DNA of 56,444 nt from a virus (IMGVR_UViG_3300037585_004733:1-56444); one strand, 5' to 3'; shown: positions 38,449 through 48,962, counted from the stretch's first letter. The notes: a model not told the origin generated them from the letters alone. Translations and numbers: made by a program.

Positions 38449-38595
38449 ATGGATCCATTAGAAATGGAGAATATAATCGGTATTGTTACCAGGCAAATAG
38501 AAGATTTAACATACCGGGTTTATAAGTTGGAGGATAGCGTGGCAGAATTATATGCATATGCTGAAGAACAAAAAGAGGAGGGTATAGATGCCTAG
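38449..38595 (+). CDS. Small coiled-coil protein (48 aa)
   Basis: TAAGGAGGTG RBS; MDPLEMENIIGIVTRQIEDLTYRVYKLEDSVAELYAYAEEQKEEGIDA. Confidence 0.65.
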   Translation: MDPLEMENIIGIVTRQIEDLTYRVYKLEDSVAELYAYAEEQKEEGIDA

Positions 38596-38779
38596 TTTAG
38601 ATGGTCACTCATTAAATGAAGAGATTAAAAAGCTAAGAGAAGAAATATTTACTGAATTACTCGCAATGCGAGAATCATTTCGAGAATTATATTCTTATAT
38701 AAATAAGAAGGAGTCTAGCGTTGAAAAGAAAGCCGAGAAAACCAAAAAGCCCAAAAAAGCCAGCATACCCCAAGCCTAA
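38588..38779 (+). CDS. Hypothetical protein
   Basis: GGAGG RBS; tiles with neighbours. Confidence 0.65.
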   Translation: MPSLDGHSLNEEIKKLREEIFTELLAMRESFRELYSYINKKESSVEKKAEKTKKPKKASIPQA

Positions 38780-38788
38780 AAAATATTA

Positions 38789-39613
38789 ATGGAAGATTTA
38801 GATAAAGATATTGAAGCTGGCTCCCAAGAAACGGATTGGTTTGGGAGCCTATTTGACAACTTACAGGCAGTATTAAAACAAACAGCCTTTAAAGCAATCG
38901 CCCCTCCAGGGGCAGACTTAGCATTAAAAGCGGCTAGAAAGGGAGTGCAGCATGCTGTTGGTGGAGTTGTTACAGATTTAGTTGATCCTTATGGGTATGG
39001 GACGAAAAGCTATAAGCCAAGTAAAGTTGAAGAGGTGATGGACATTTTAAAGTATTCAAAGGAAGATCCTGAGTATTATGATGAAGTGGCCAGTAGAGCA
39101 ACTAAAAGAAATAAGGCTCGTGAATTTCCTTTTCGTCAAGGGTTTGGCTTACCATCTAGAGATAATTGGGAAAAAATTTATAAACAGAATGAGGATGGCA
39201 CTTATAGATTTAGTACGGTTGACGAGCTAACTAAAATGCATGAATCCGGAGAATTGAGCAAGAAACAGGTTCTAGTAGCATTAAAAAATATTACTGATAT
39301 GAAGTGGGCAGAAGATGGTAGTCATGATCAATTAATGGCTAATTATGAAAGTTCGCGCAATGAAGATGGGAGTTTTAACTATTATGATAAATGGGATTTT
39401 GCTATTAATGAAGGCGAAGAGAGCGCCTGGTCTAAATTTAAGAAGTGGAATGATGATCGAGATAACATGAAAAATAAAAAAAATTTATTAGCGCATTTAA
39501 GTCGAGTAGGCATATCACAACTATTTGATCCGGTAGAATTTAAGGGGACTATTACTGAGGATGATATCTATCATGCGAATCAATTATCGGAAGAAATAAG
39601 GTCACAATATTGA
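38789..39613 (+). CDS. Hypothetical protein, possibly virion-internal (YYDKWDF motif)
   Basis: 274 aa, no Cys. Confidence 0.55.
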   Translation: MEDLDKDIEAGSQETDWFGSLFDNLQAVLKQTAFKAIAPPGADLALKAARKGVQHAVGGVVTDLVDPYGYGTKSYKPSKVEEVMDILKYSKEDPEYYDEVASRATKRNKAREFPFRQGFGLPSRDNWEKIYKQNEDGTYRFSTVDELTKMHESGELSKKQVLVALKNITDMKWAEDGSHDQLMANYESSRNEDGSFNYYDKWDFAINEGEESAWSKFKKWNDDRDNMKNKKNLLAHLSRVGISQLFDPVEFKGTITEDDIYHANQLSEEIRSQY

Positions 39614-39735
39614 AAAAAGGCTATCATACATGACCAAAGAAAAAGACAGCTCATCCGGCGGGTGAGAAGCATTCTAAGTCAAATGATAAGTTTAAATACA
39701 ATTTCCCAAAGAACCAATATAAAGAAGGAAGATGA
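39610..39735 (+). CDS. Candidate UGA-readthrough (selenocysteine?) mini-protein, 41 aa
   Basis: TTG start overlaps the upstream TGA; in-frame TGA at 39631-39633; hairpin at 39650-39666; final TGA overlaps the downstream ATG. Confidence 0.45.
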
Positions 39736-40460
39736 GAGTTTACCGGGTTAATGGGATAGAGCATAAAGTATTTGATCCCGATGACATTCTGCCAGCAGGA
39801 CTAATTGTTCAGTCTAATTGGAGAAAAGGAAGAGTCGGGGATTGGATTAAATCTGACGACGATTGTGTTCTGGAGGTATTGCGTCAGGGCACAATGAAGC
39901 GTCAGAAGGGGAAGAGTAGAGAAGTAGCTTATGTAGGTACATGCACAGGGACATTCCCGGCATATACTAATACTAAGATGGATACTTCTAAAAGAATTAA
40001 TATATATTCATTTGGAGGCGGGAGGTTGGCAGATGATGTATTAATAGAACGCGAAAATCTTTCTAAGTGTGAACAGGTTTTTGTTGTTTATTTAGCATCT
40101 GGACTAACACCACAAGAAGCTTATATAAAGGCTTATCCTACAAATGATCCTGGGTATGCAAAATTTAAATCTACTCAGCTAGTTAAAACAACGAGGATTA
40201 GATCAGCTATGAAAGAAGAATTAAAGCCAGTTTTAGAAGAACTCGATATAGACGAGAAGTTTATACTTAATAACATCAAGGAGGTTATTCTCTCTTCTGA
40301 AAAGGATGATACTCGCCTGAAGGCTCTTTTTAAACTGGCTGATATTATGGATATGGAAGATAAAACTAGAACTCAACAAACAACTCTCGCCGTAGGCGCC
40401 TTTAAAGGTTTTTCTGAAACCATGGTAGAGGCTGCTCAAAGACCAAAGGAAATAGAATAA
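39732..40460 (+). CDS. Putative terminase small subunit
   Basis: HTH-like FVVYLASGLTPQEAYIKAY followed by helical RLKALFKLADI; upstream of TerL. Confidence 0.55.
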   Translation: MRVYRVNGIEHKVFDPDDILPAGLIVQSNWRKGRVGDWIKSDDDCVLEVLRQGTMKRQKGKSREVAYVGTCTGTFPAYTNTKMDTSKRINIYSFGGGRLADDVLIERENLSKCEQVFVVYLASGLTPQEAYIKAYPTNDPGYAKFKSTQLVKTTRIRSAMKEELKPVLEELDIDEKFILNNIKEVILSSEKDDTRLKALFKLADIMDMEDKTRTQQTTLAVGAFKGFSETMVEAAQRPKEIE

Positions 40461-42862
40461 TGGCAGATCCTAAAAGAGTAGTATTAGACGAGAACGAGAA
40501 TCAAATACCAGAAGAAATGTCTGGCTTCCTTGGTTATGGAACTAGTGATCCTGCCCCACCTGAATATGAGATGGATAGGAATGAGTTAAACTGGCTACAG
40601 CAATCTGTAATGGATTTTTATCAAAATGAAAGTATAGACCCTGGCATTAGATCCGCGTTAGCGGCGCTAGATGACTGGATGCCTGGGATTCCTTTTCATG
40701 ATATTGTTCCGGATCCTCCAACATCTTTACCCGGGAGTACAATAATGCCAGGAACTCGCAAGCATATCGAAGGCCAAGATTATGACCCTAGGAATCCAGA
40801 GTCATGGCATTTTACTGAAGATGAGATTATTTCTGCTGATGCAGCTAGAGCTAGTTTTGGCAAGGTAGGTTTTGTTGGTGATGTCCTCACAGGAGCTGCA
40901 GGTGCATATAAAGCAGGTAAATATATAAAAGGTGCATATACAGAGGCTGGGAGCGTAAATGCTGCACTAAATAATGCACTTCAACAAGTTAAGAATTGGC
41001 GAAATCCTAAAGGAATTATTGATTCTCCTGAGCCGGGATATGGTGGATCATTTCCTGAGCCTAGAGCTAGTGCTGGATCACGGTACGATGCAAGCGATCC
41101 TAATGTAAATTGGTCTAGCCTAGATAATTCAAGAACCGGGTTTCTACCTCCACACGCAGGTCAAGGATTTTCTCAAGCACCTATATATGGGAGAGAGTAT
41201 GCCGGGGGAGCGTTTAAGCGAATAAATAATAGTGGTGATTTACATATGCCTAATATAGATGATGGAACTATTACCATTGGAGGTAATGTACAGTCTAATC
41301 TTGATTTAAATAATCTTCGACCTGCTTATGAAACGAATAATGGCTATGTAATTTATCAAGATATTACAGATAATCGACGCTTCTATTCTCTAGACCTTGG
41401 ATCTAATGGGTCATATACCTTAGTAGATGATACTAATGAATTAGAGAGCCTCTTAGATGGCTTTGATGGAACACTTGATTGGAATGAAATAAGCACTTTT
41501 AATAAAATGCTAGGAAACTCTCCGGCTGTTCCTAGTAATATTAAAGGCATACAAGATTCATTTGCAAATAGCATGAACCCAAATACATTATCAGAGCTCA
41601 ATCTCTCAGACCTAGATAATCTGCCTATGGGCCAAGAGCTCGCCGGCACATTAGAGAATGGAACAAAAGTTATTCTTAAGAATGGCGATGAGGTTGCTGG
41701 GCAAAAAATGTTTGAAGACGCGAACAATATAACAATTCAAACAAAGAATGGCGATACTGTGAATATAGCCGCAGATAATATAAAAAATATAACACGAAAC
41801 ACAAAAGGCAATCCATTGACCGTAAGGATTCAAGGAGATCGACCAGGGGTATTTAATGTTGCCTTTGATGATAAAAATAAAGATGTAGTTCATGTGGGAC
41901 AGCTAATTAAAGAGAAGGATCTTATTGGCCCTGTGCAACCGCTAACTAGTGGAACGCAAGGATCTCGCTTAAGATTTCAAGCTACTAGACTCCCCGATGG
42001 ACAATTAGAAATTAGTCATATATCTTTATTTGCAGATAATATTCATCAGGCTGGGGGTGATATAGCAAAGGGGATTTATAAAATGCCTGATGGCACAGAT
42101 TTCGATGTAATTGCAGATAGCAAATTACATACTAGATTTACAACAGAGACTGGCGAACTTAGGCAAATAACTAAGATTGTAGATAATGATACCGGAGACG
42201 TATTAAAGGAAATTATAACACCTGGAGGAAGAGCTGCAGAGAAATTGATAGCCAGAACTTCTCTTTCCGGTGGAAAAAGTTTAATAAAAATGATGGATAT
42301 GATGCCTGATGATGCTATTATTAGAGAGTCTGATATGACATTAGATTCTCTTTATGTCTTAATACATCAAACAGTAAAAAAATCTCAAGCCCGAGTTAGA
42401 GCAGGAAAATCTCCACTAAAAGTTGATATTAGTGACTGGCAACTTGGAGGATCAGGCAAACAAAGCAGTCAGTCTGCTTCATTTATGTTTGGGAATGAAA
42501 GGGTAGCACGCTCAAATTGGAGTAAACAGTTTGATAAGCTTATGCAAATGCCTTCTGGTGCGGATCAGAAACAAGCAACATTAGAACTTGTTGTTGAGAT
42601 ACAGCAAAAGATGAATAGAGCTATCGACAGGGGAGACCTTACTAGCGTTCATGGGAATTTATTTGAAGTAGTTGCCGGTACAAGTGGTCGTGTTGGTTAT
42701 GATGGGAAGGCAATAGGCTATAGTCAGTTTAGTGTTTCCGGGTTTAAATCTATTGTAGCCGGTTTATTTGGATATAGTACTTGGAATGAGTATTCTTCTA
42801 TGTTAAAAGATGAGAATACAAATAATGTGGAAAATCAGGTATTTGATCAGATTCAATTTTAA
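40460..42862 (+). CDS. Large multidomain protein of unknown function between TerS and TerL
   Basis: 800 aa, no Cys, coupled on both sides by TAATG. Confidence 0.65.
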   Translation: MADPKRVVLDENENQIPEEMSGFLGYGTSDPAPPEYEMDRNELNWLQQSVMDFYQNESIDPGIRSALAALDDWMPGIPFHDIVPDPPTSLPGSTIMPGTRKHIEGQDYDPRNPESWHFTEDEIISADAARASFGKVGFVGDVLTGAAGAYKAGKYIKGAYTEAGSVNAALNNALQQVKNWRNPKGIIDSPEPGYGGSFPEPRASAGSRYDASDPNVNWSSLDNSRTGFLPPHAGQGFSQAPIYGREYAGGAFKRINNSGDLHMPNIDDGTITIGGNVQSNLDLNNLRPAYETNNGYVIYQDITDNRRFYSLDLGSNGSYTLVDDTNELESLLDGFDGTLDWNEISTFNKMLGNSPAVPSNIKGIQDSFANSMNPNTLSELNLSDLDNLPMGQELAGTLENGTKVILKNGDEVAGQKMFEDANNITIQTKNGDTVNIAADNIKNITRNTKGNPLTVRIQGDRPGVFNVAFDDKNKDVVHVGQLIKEKDLIGPVQPLTSGTQGSRLRFQATRLPDGQLEISHISLFADNIHQAGGDIAKGIYKMPDGTDFDVIADSKLHTRFTTETGELRQITKIVDNDTGDVLKEIITPGGRAAEKLIARTSLSGGKSLIKMMDMMPDDAIIRESDMTLDSLYVLIHQTVKKSQARVRAGKSPLKVDISDWQLGGSGKQSSQSASFMFGNERVARSNWSKQFDKLMQMPSGADQKQATLELVVEIQQKMNRAIDRGDLTSVHGNLFEVVAGTSGRVGYDGKAIGYSQFSVSGFKSIVAGLFGYSTWNEYSSMLKDENTNNVENQVFDQIQF

Positions 42863-44418
42863 TGTCTAATATAAACTTACATAATGTTTCCAAGATGGAA
42901 GAGCAACTCCAGCTTGCAAAGCATGATTTAATAGCGTTTGGAAAGTTATTCTTGCCAGATGATTACATGCGATCAGAGACGCCCTTCTTTCATTATGAAG
43001 TGGCAGATGCATTATTAAATAAAGATTACCGGCAGTTAGGTGTTATTTTACCTAGGGGGCACGGAAAGACAGTATTGACTAAGTGTAATATCGTGCATGA
43101 TTTTTTGTTCACTGAGTCCCCATTATTCTATGGGTGGGTAGCAGCATCTAGTAAAATATCTGTTCCAAACTTAGATTATGTAAAATACCATTTGGAATAT
43201 AATGAAAGAGTGTCGTATTATTTCGGCGATGTTAAAGGGAGAAAATGGACAGAAGATGATATTGAACTTAAAAATGGCAGCAAACTTATCTCGAAGTCAA
43301 ACCTTTCAGGTATACGTGGCGGGGCTAAGCTGCATAAGAGATACGATCTTATCATCCTCGATGACTTTGAAGACGAGAATAATACCGTTACACCTGAGTC
43401 TCGTTCTAAAATCGCGAATCTTGTTACGGCAGTGGTCTTCCCTGCTTTGGAGCCAGTTGATGGCCGTTTGCGTATTAATGGTACGCCTGTGCATTTCGAT
43501 GCGTTTACTACAAACATTCTTAACGGGCATATCAAAGCTAAAGCTCAAGGCAAAGACTATTCATGGAAAGTCATAACATACAAGGCATTACAGCCAGATG
43601 GAACTCCTTTATGGCCAGATTGGTTTGGGCACAAGGAAATGGAGCGAAAGAAAAAGTTTTATGCGGACAGTGGGCAGCCGCAAAAGTTTTATCAAGAATA
43701 TATGATGGAAGTCCAAAATGAAGAAGATGCAATCTTTAATAGGAACCATATTAAGTATTGGGATGGAGTTTATAACCGGGATGATGAGACCGGTATTAAC
43801 TACATTAGAACGGCTGAAGGGGATGAGATTCCAATCAATATATTTGTTGGTGTTGATCCCGCTACAGACAGTACTCGCCGTGATTCTGACTTTAGTGTTT
43901 TACTTGCTGTGGGCGTCGACGCTAATAACAATTGTTATGTTCTTGATTATTTACGAAAGCGTTCGTTGCCTGTACTCGGTATTCCGGGAGATTCTAAAAA
44001 AGGGATTGTCGATTATATATTTGACTATAACAGAATATACGATCCAAGCTTATTCTGCATTGAAGATACGACTATGTCGAAGCCGGTATTTCAAGCCATT
44101 AATGCAGAAATGCGAAGAAGGAATGATTTCACTGTCAAGTTTACTGCAGAAAAGCCGGGTACGCGTATGTCTAAAAGAGACCGTATTCAAGAGATATTGG
44201 CTCAAAGGTTTGCGGTTGGTGGAGTCCATCTTAAAAAGGACCAGTACGATTTGCAACAAGAAATAATGACATTTGGCCCTCGTATGGGTCATGATGATAC
44301 TATAGATGCTTTAGCATATGCATGTAAATATGCTCATCCTCCTAATTCTGTAAAGCAGAATAAAGATGGGGATTGGTATAGACATCAACCAAAAGCAAAA
44401 AGCTGGGTAACAGCTTAG
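42862..44418 (+). CDS. terL: Terminase large subunit
   Basis: Walker A PRGHGKT, Walker B IILDDFE, INGT, nuclease VGVDPA and HDDTIDA. Confidence 0.95.
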   Translation: MSNINLHNVSKMEEQLQLAKHDLIAFGKLFLPDDYMRSETPFFHYEVADALLNKDYRQLGVILPRGHGKTVLTKCNIVHDFLFTESPLFYGWVAASSKISVPNLDYVKYHLEYNERVSYYFGDVKGRKWTEDDIELKNGSKLISKSNLSGIRGGAKLHKRYDLIILDDFEDENNTVTPESRSKIANLVTAVVFPALEPVDGRLRINGTPVHFDAFTTNILNGHIKAKAQGKDYSWKVITYKALQPDGTPLWPDWFGHKEMERKKKFYADSGQPQKFYQEYMMEVQNEEDAIFNRNHIKYWDGVYNRDDETGINYIRTAEGDEIPINIFVGVDPATDSTRRDSDFSVLLAVGVDANNNCYVLDYLRKRSLPVLGIPGDSKKGIVDYIFDYNRIYDPSLFCIEDTTMSKPVFQAINAEMRRRNDFTVKFTAEKPGTRMSKRDRIQEILAQRFAVGGVHLKKDQYDLQQEIMTFGPRMGHDDTIDALAYACKYAHPPNSVKQNKDGDWYRHQPKAKSWVTA

Positions 44419-44426
44419 GAGAGAAT

Positions 44427-44819
44427 ATGCCTAAATTTGGGAAGAATAGTCGTGAAAGACTTGCGACATGTGATAAAAAATTACAAGCAGTGTTTAATGA
44501 GGTCATTAAGCATGTAGATTGTTCAGTACTAGAAGGACATCGAGGTGAAGAAAGACAAAACAGATTCGTTGACGAGGGAAAAAGTAAAGTTCGTTTCCCT
44601 AATGGTAGGCATAATGCTATGCCTAGTCGTGCTGTTGATGTCACACCTTATCCCGTGGACTGGGAAGACCGAGAGCGTCAAACTCTTTTTGCAGGGTTTG
44701 TCATTGGGCTGGCTAGTGGGATGGGCATTAACCTTCGGTGGGGAGGCGACTGGGACCAAGACTTCCAGGTAGCAGATAATAAATTTGATGATTTTCCACA
44801 TTTTGAAATAAAGGATTAA
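44427..44819 (+). CDS. Endolysin, peptidase M15 family (L-Ala-D-Glu peptidase-like)
   Basis: EGHRGEERQ, RHN...AVD, LRWGGDW, DFPHFE. Confidence 0.9.
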   Translation: MPKFGKNSRERLATCDKKLQAVFNEVIKHVDCSVLEGHRGEERQNRFVDEGKSKVRFPNGRHNAMPSRAVDVTPYPVDWEDRERQTLFAGFVIGLASGMGINLRWGGDWDQDFQVADNKFDDFPHFEIKD

Positions 44820-44821
44820 AT

Positions 44822-45214
44822 ATGGCAACACTAACACCAACACTAACCTTGTCTAGCACAGATGCAAGTAGCGATACTTTGGCATTATCAGTAACAGATA
44901 GTTTAACTATAGGGGCTCCGGCAATTGGTGTATCTAAGACTGCTATTGCGGCTTCTGGAGGAACAGCATCAGTACTTAAGCCTTCCGGATCAGCTAATCA
45001 ATACTTTTATATAAGGCATACTGGCTATCAGGCTGATGGGACAACAGCCACTACAAATCAAGTAGCAGTAGAACTTGGTGGCAATACTGACCTACTTAGG
45101 ATAGCTGCTGGAGAATGGGCTTTTTTCCCAGTAAAATCAGATGTTATTGTAGAGGCATTATCCTCTAGTTCACATCTTATATTAATTGAATATGCATATT
45201 GGACAGCTGCATAA
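44822..45214 (+). CDS. Small virion structural protein
   Basis: Ala/Thr/Ser-rich beta protein starting MATLT. Confidence 0.55.
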   Translation: MATLTPTLTLSSTDASSDTLALSVTDSLTIGAPAIGVSKTAIAASGGTASVLKPSGSANQYFYIRHTGYQADGTTATTNQVAVELGGNTDLLRIAAGEWAFFPVKSDVIVEALSSSSHLILIEYAYWTAA

Positions 45215-45236
45215 ATGAGATTTTAAGGAGAAATAA

Positions 45237-45692
45237 ATGGCGACACTAACACTACAACTTTCTGAAAGTTTAACTCTTAATGGTAGAGAAGAAGGTTCTA
45301 TAAAGACTGTATCATATGCTGGCATAAATGAAATATTTAAAAGAACTGTAACTATTGCAGCAGGAACTCATGCTACTCCACAGGAAGTGGTAACTTTTAC
45401 CGCAACACCAGCTGCAGCTACTGCCTATACATTAGATCAGGATCATGTAGTTTATATTAGGGTAACTAATTTAAGCTCAAATACTCTCGGGTTAATTTTA
45501 AATGGTGCTACTACTGCAATAGCATTTAGTCTTGGCGGCGGTCAATCACAAGTATTTAATAATGGCTTAATGCAAGGTGACGATACTGTAGACAGTATAG
45601 ATGCGGTTCCTTCAATTAAAATTGAAAGTATAGAGGTTACGGGAGATTCTGGGAATACTTCAGATATTGAGTTATTTGTAGGATTATCATAG
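45237..45692 (+). CDS. Small virion structural protein
   Basis: Starts MATLT; YIRVTNL; probable paralog of the previous gene. Confidence 0.55.
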   Translation: MATLTLQLSESLTLNGREEGSIKTVSYAGINEIFKRTVTIAAGTHATPQEVVTFTATPAAATAYTLDQDHVVYIRVTNLSSNTLGLILNGATTAIAFSLGGGQSQVFNNGLMQGDDTVDSIDAVPSIKIESIEVTGDSGNTSDIELFVGLS

Positions 45693-45699
45693 GAGAGAT

Positions 45700-48000
45700 A
45701 TGGCTAAAGTAGACAAAACAGCAGCTAGGGTAAGAAAGCTATTTAATAGCTGTAATCAAAAAAGCAGAGCTCAATGGGAGTATGTAAACCAAAAGGGATT
45801 TGATTTTTCTAATGACAATCAATTAACCGAAGAAGAAAGGCGTTCCCTGGAAGAACAAGGCATGCCTACTTTTACAATTAATCGTATCCTCCCTGTAGTA
45901 GAAATGCTTAACTATTATGCAACAGCATCTAATCCCAGATGGCAAGCAGTAGCAGCAGAAGGTAGTGATACTAATGTTGCTGCATTATTCTCAGATGTTG
46001 CTGATTATATTTGGTATAATTCTGATGGTCAAAGTTTGTATTCTAATGCTATTAATGACGCTATTACTAAATCATTAGGTTGGCTAATGGTTACTGTTAA
46101 TCCTGATAGTGATAATGGATTAGGTGATGTTATCGTTACTCAACCGGATCCATTTGATATTTATGTAGATCCTAAATCAAGAGATATGTTATTTAGGGAT
46201 GCAGGATTTATTTTAGTTAGAAAATTATTACCTACATCACAATTGGAGCAAATGTTCCCTGGATCAGTAAGAAAAATTAAAAAGGCTTCCTCTGATGAAA
46301 GCACAGATTATACTTATACAGAGAAGTCAATGGGGATTGATCAAAAGGATTTTGACTATAAGGATATAGATGAATCAGAATCAATTGATCCTAAAACCGG
46401 AGAGACTGATAAACTTTTAGAGTTCTTTGAAATTCATGAAAAAGTAAAAGTTCCATTAGTGAATATTACTTATAGATTACCGCCTGATCCTGCTCAAATG
46501 GAAGAAATCCAAAGTAAAGCTGCCGTACAAATAGAAGATATGAAAAAAGAGCTTGAGGTAGAGTTAATTGAGCAAGAAGCTAAAATGCGTGAGGCTGTAG
46601 ATGCTGGAGAGATGTTAAAGCCTCGATATGATTTAGAGATGGAAAAAGCTCAAGAAATGATGCAAGCTCAACTAGAATCTGCTAAACAAGAGTTTGCCGC
46701 ACAAATACAAGAAAGCATGTCTCAAGTAATTAATAAGATTATATCTAAAAAAGAATTTAATCAATTAATGAAGGATGAGAAGTTTGCTAGTCTTCTTATA
46801 GATCAAGTATCGTTCTATGGTTCTCGTATTAAACAAACCGGTATAGTTGGTGATGTAACTTTATATGAACATGTTTTGCCAGAAAATGTTGAAGAATATC
46901 CATTAATTCCTTTTAGCTTTAAATGGACAGGTACTCCATATCCAATGTCAGCTGTAGCTCCTTTAATTGGTAAGCAACGGGAGATGAATAAAGCTCATCA
47001 AATAATGGTGCATAATGCCTCATTAGGATCATCATTAAGATGGATGCATGAAGAAGGAAGCATTGATACCGATTATTGGGAAAAATATTCTAGTTCACCT
47101 GGAGCATTACTTCCAATTAGACCTGGAGCTGTTCCTCCTACTGCAGTACAACCCGCTCCATTATCTAATGCATTCTTCTCTATTGTTCAAGAAGGCAAAA
47201 ATGATATGGAGTATTTAGCTGGTATTTATGGAGCTATGCAGGGAGATACAAATACACAGCATGATACTTATCGAGGCATGCTTGCTATGGATGAGTATGG
47301 CACAAGACGAGTTAAGCAGTGGATGAAAAATAACATTGAGCCTGGATTACGACAATTAGGGAAAGTAATTGCAGAAATGTCTAGAGTTGTATATCAAGAT
47401 CATAGAATGTTTAGAATTGTACAGCCAAATAATATTAATGAAGAAAAACAGGTAGAGATTAATATTCCTATATATAATGACTTTGGTGATGTTATTGGAA
47501 AACAAAATGATTATAGTACTCTTAAGTTTGATGTACGCATTATTGCCGGTTCTACGCTACCGGTTAATAGATGGGCTTATTTAGATGAACTTAAAGAACT
47601 AATGAAACTAGGAGTGATTGACGATATTGCACTACTAGCTGAAACAGACTTACGTAATAAAGAGAATATCGTGAAACGTAAGAGCATGTACTCTCAACTC
47701 CAAAATCAAATTGGGCAACTTGAGGAACAAATGAAAAATGCATCTGGTACTATTGAAACACTTGAACGACAACTTGTTCAAGCTGGTATCAAAGGCAAAG
47801 TTCTTCAAGCTTCTATGGAAGTTAATAATAAGAAGAATGAAGTTAAGAGTAGACAAGAAAAAGAATATCTTGAGACACAGGCCCAACAGAAAGTTCTTAG
47901 AGAGACCCAAAGAGGTTTCGCTGAGAAGGAAAGAACTAATCTCAAGACCTCTTTAAACCAGGTAATAAAAGACTTGCAAAACAAAAAGAAAGAGTCTTAA
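45700..48000 (+). CDS. Portal protein (P22-like, with C-terminal coiled coil)
   Basis: FTINRILPVV, DIYVDP, YPLIPF, QREMNK; size and position between TerL and scaffold. Confidence 0.88.
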   Translation: MAKVDKTAARVRKLFNSCNQKSRAQWEYVNQKGFDFSNDNQLTEEERRSLEEQGMPTFTINRILPVVEMLNYYATASNPRWQAVAAEGSDTNVAALFSDVADYIWYNSDGQSLYSNAINDAITKSLGWLMVTVNPDSDNGLGDVIVTQPDPFDIYVDPKSRDMLFRDAGFILVRKLLPTSQLEQMFPGSVRKIKKASSDESTDYTYTEKSMGIDQKDFDYKDIDESESIDPKTGETDKLLEFFEIHEKVKVPLVNITYRLPPDPAQMEEIQSKAAVQIEDMKKELEVELIEQEAKMREAVDAGEMLKPRYDLEMEKAQEMMQAQLESAKQEFAAQIQESMSQVINKIISKKEFNQLMKDEKFASLLIDQVSFYGSRIKQTGIVGDVTLYEHVLPENVEEYPLIPFSFKWTGTPYPMSAVAPLIGKQREMNKAHQIMVHNASLGSSLRWMHEEGSIDTDYWEKYSSSPGALLPIRPGAVPPTAVQPAPLSNAFFSIVQEGKNDMEYLAGIYGAMQGDTNTQHDTYRGMLAMDEYGTRRVKQWMKNNIEPGLRQLGKVIAEMSRVVYQDHRMFRIVQPNNINEEKQVEINIPIYNDFGDVIGKQNDYSTLKFDVRIIAGSTLPVNRWAYLDELKELMKLGVIDDIALLAETDLRNKENIVKRKSMYSQLQNQIGQLEEQMKNASGTIETLERQLVQAGIKGKVLQASMEVNNKKNEVKSRQEKEYLETQAQQKVLRETQRGFAEKERTNLKTSLNQVIKDLQNKKKES

Positions 48001-48003
48001 ATT
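47974..48003 (+). promoter_or_regulatory. Putative promoter TTGCAA-N18-TAAATT for the head genes
   Basis: Same pattern as 9379-9408; directly upstream of scaffold and MCP. Confidence 0.5.
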
Positions 48004-48035
48004 ATTAAATACTCTATAAAGACAAGGAGAGTTAG

Positions 48036-48905
48036 ATGAAAGATTTAGAAGCTATGGAACAGGATAACCCACAGAATAGTGGCTCCAGTGAAGACTTCTT
48101 TAATGCTATAGAAGCACAAGTAAACGGTGCAATTATAGACAACGATCAACAACCACAGGACAACCCTCAGGTTCAAAGTGACCCTGCCCCGCAGGCAACT
48201 CACGCTCAAGCACCAGAGACCCCTACTAGTAAGGATGTTGATTGGGAGAAACGGTATCGGGATTCAAGTAGAGAGGCTACAAGAATGCGGCAAGAGTTAA
48301 ATAGACTTCAACCGTTCGTACCCGTTCTCGACGTAATGGCGCAAGATAGTGGCCTAGTTGATACAGTCAAGGATTACCTTGAAGGTGGTGGAAAGCCGGC
48401 AAAGAACGTACAAGAGCAATTAGGATTAGATGAAGATTTTATCTTCGATGCCGAAGAGGCAATGAATAATCCTACTTCAGATTCAGCTAAAGTATTTAAT
48501 GCTCAAGTTGATAAGATTGTCTCTGATAGAGTTAATAGTTCAATGCAAGTTCAAAACCAGCAAGTGCAACAAGATAAAGCGAAAGCTAAGATGCGGTCAG
48601 ATGCAAAAAATTTTATGGATAGACATGGTATGTCTGAAAAAGAATTTAGTAGCATGATGGCTGACTCTAGAGATCGTCAATTAACTCTAGATGATATTTA
48701 TTATTTACTTAATAAAGATAAATCTAGTAGTAATGTTGCAAAAGCAACCCAACAAGGAATCGTTAATCAGATGAAGAATGTTCAGAATCTTCCAACGAGT
48801 GTTGCCGGGATTAACACCCCTAGAGCAGAAGTCTCAGTGGAAGATACAGCATTCGACGCTATACTGGATCATGGCACTAGTCTTGATGATATATTCAATG
48901 GTTAA
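48036..48905 (+). CDS. Capsid scaffolding protein
   Basis: Acidic, coiled coil, DWEKRYRDSSREA; between portal and MCP. Confidence 0.75.
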   Translation: MKDLEAMEQDNPQNSGSSEDFFNAIEAQVNGAIIDNDQQPQDNPQVQSDPAPQATHAQAPETPTSKDVDWEKRYRDSSREATRMRQELNRLQPFVPVLDVMAQDSGLVDTVKDYLEGGGKPAKNVQEQLGLDEDFIFDAEEAMNNPTSDSAKVFNAQVDKIVSDRVNSSMQVQNQQVQQDKAKAKMRSDAKNFMDRHGMSEKEFSSMMADSRDRQLTLDDIYYLLNKDKSSSNVAKATQQGIVNQMKNVQNLPTSVAGINTPRAEVSVEDTAFDAILDHGTSLDDIFNG

Positions 48906-48962
48906 TCCCTACTAGAAGGTCTTGTAGACAGTTGATAGAGGGATAAAGAAAGGAAAAATCTG

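Noticed and set aside
43202-44843. Alternative-frame and antisense ORFs over the terminase and endolysin (and similar ones over the large structural genes)
   Set aside because: Shadow ORFs overlapping well-supported genes, with no recognisable motifs.
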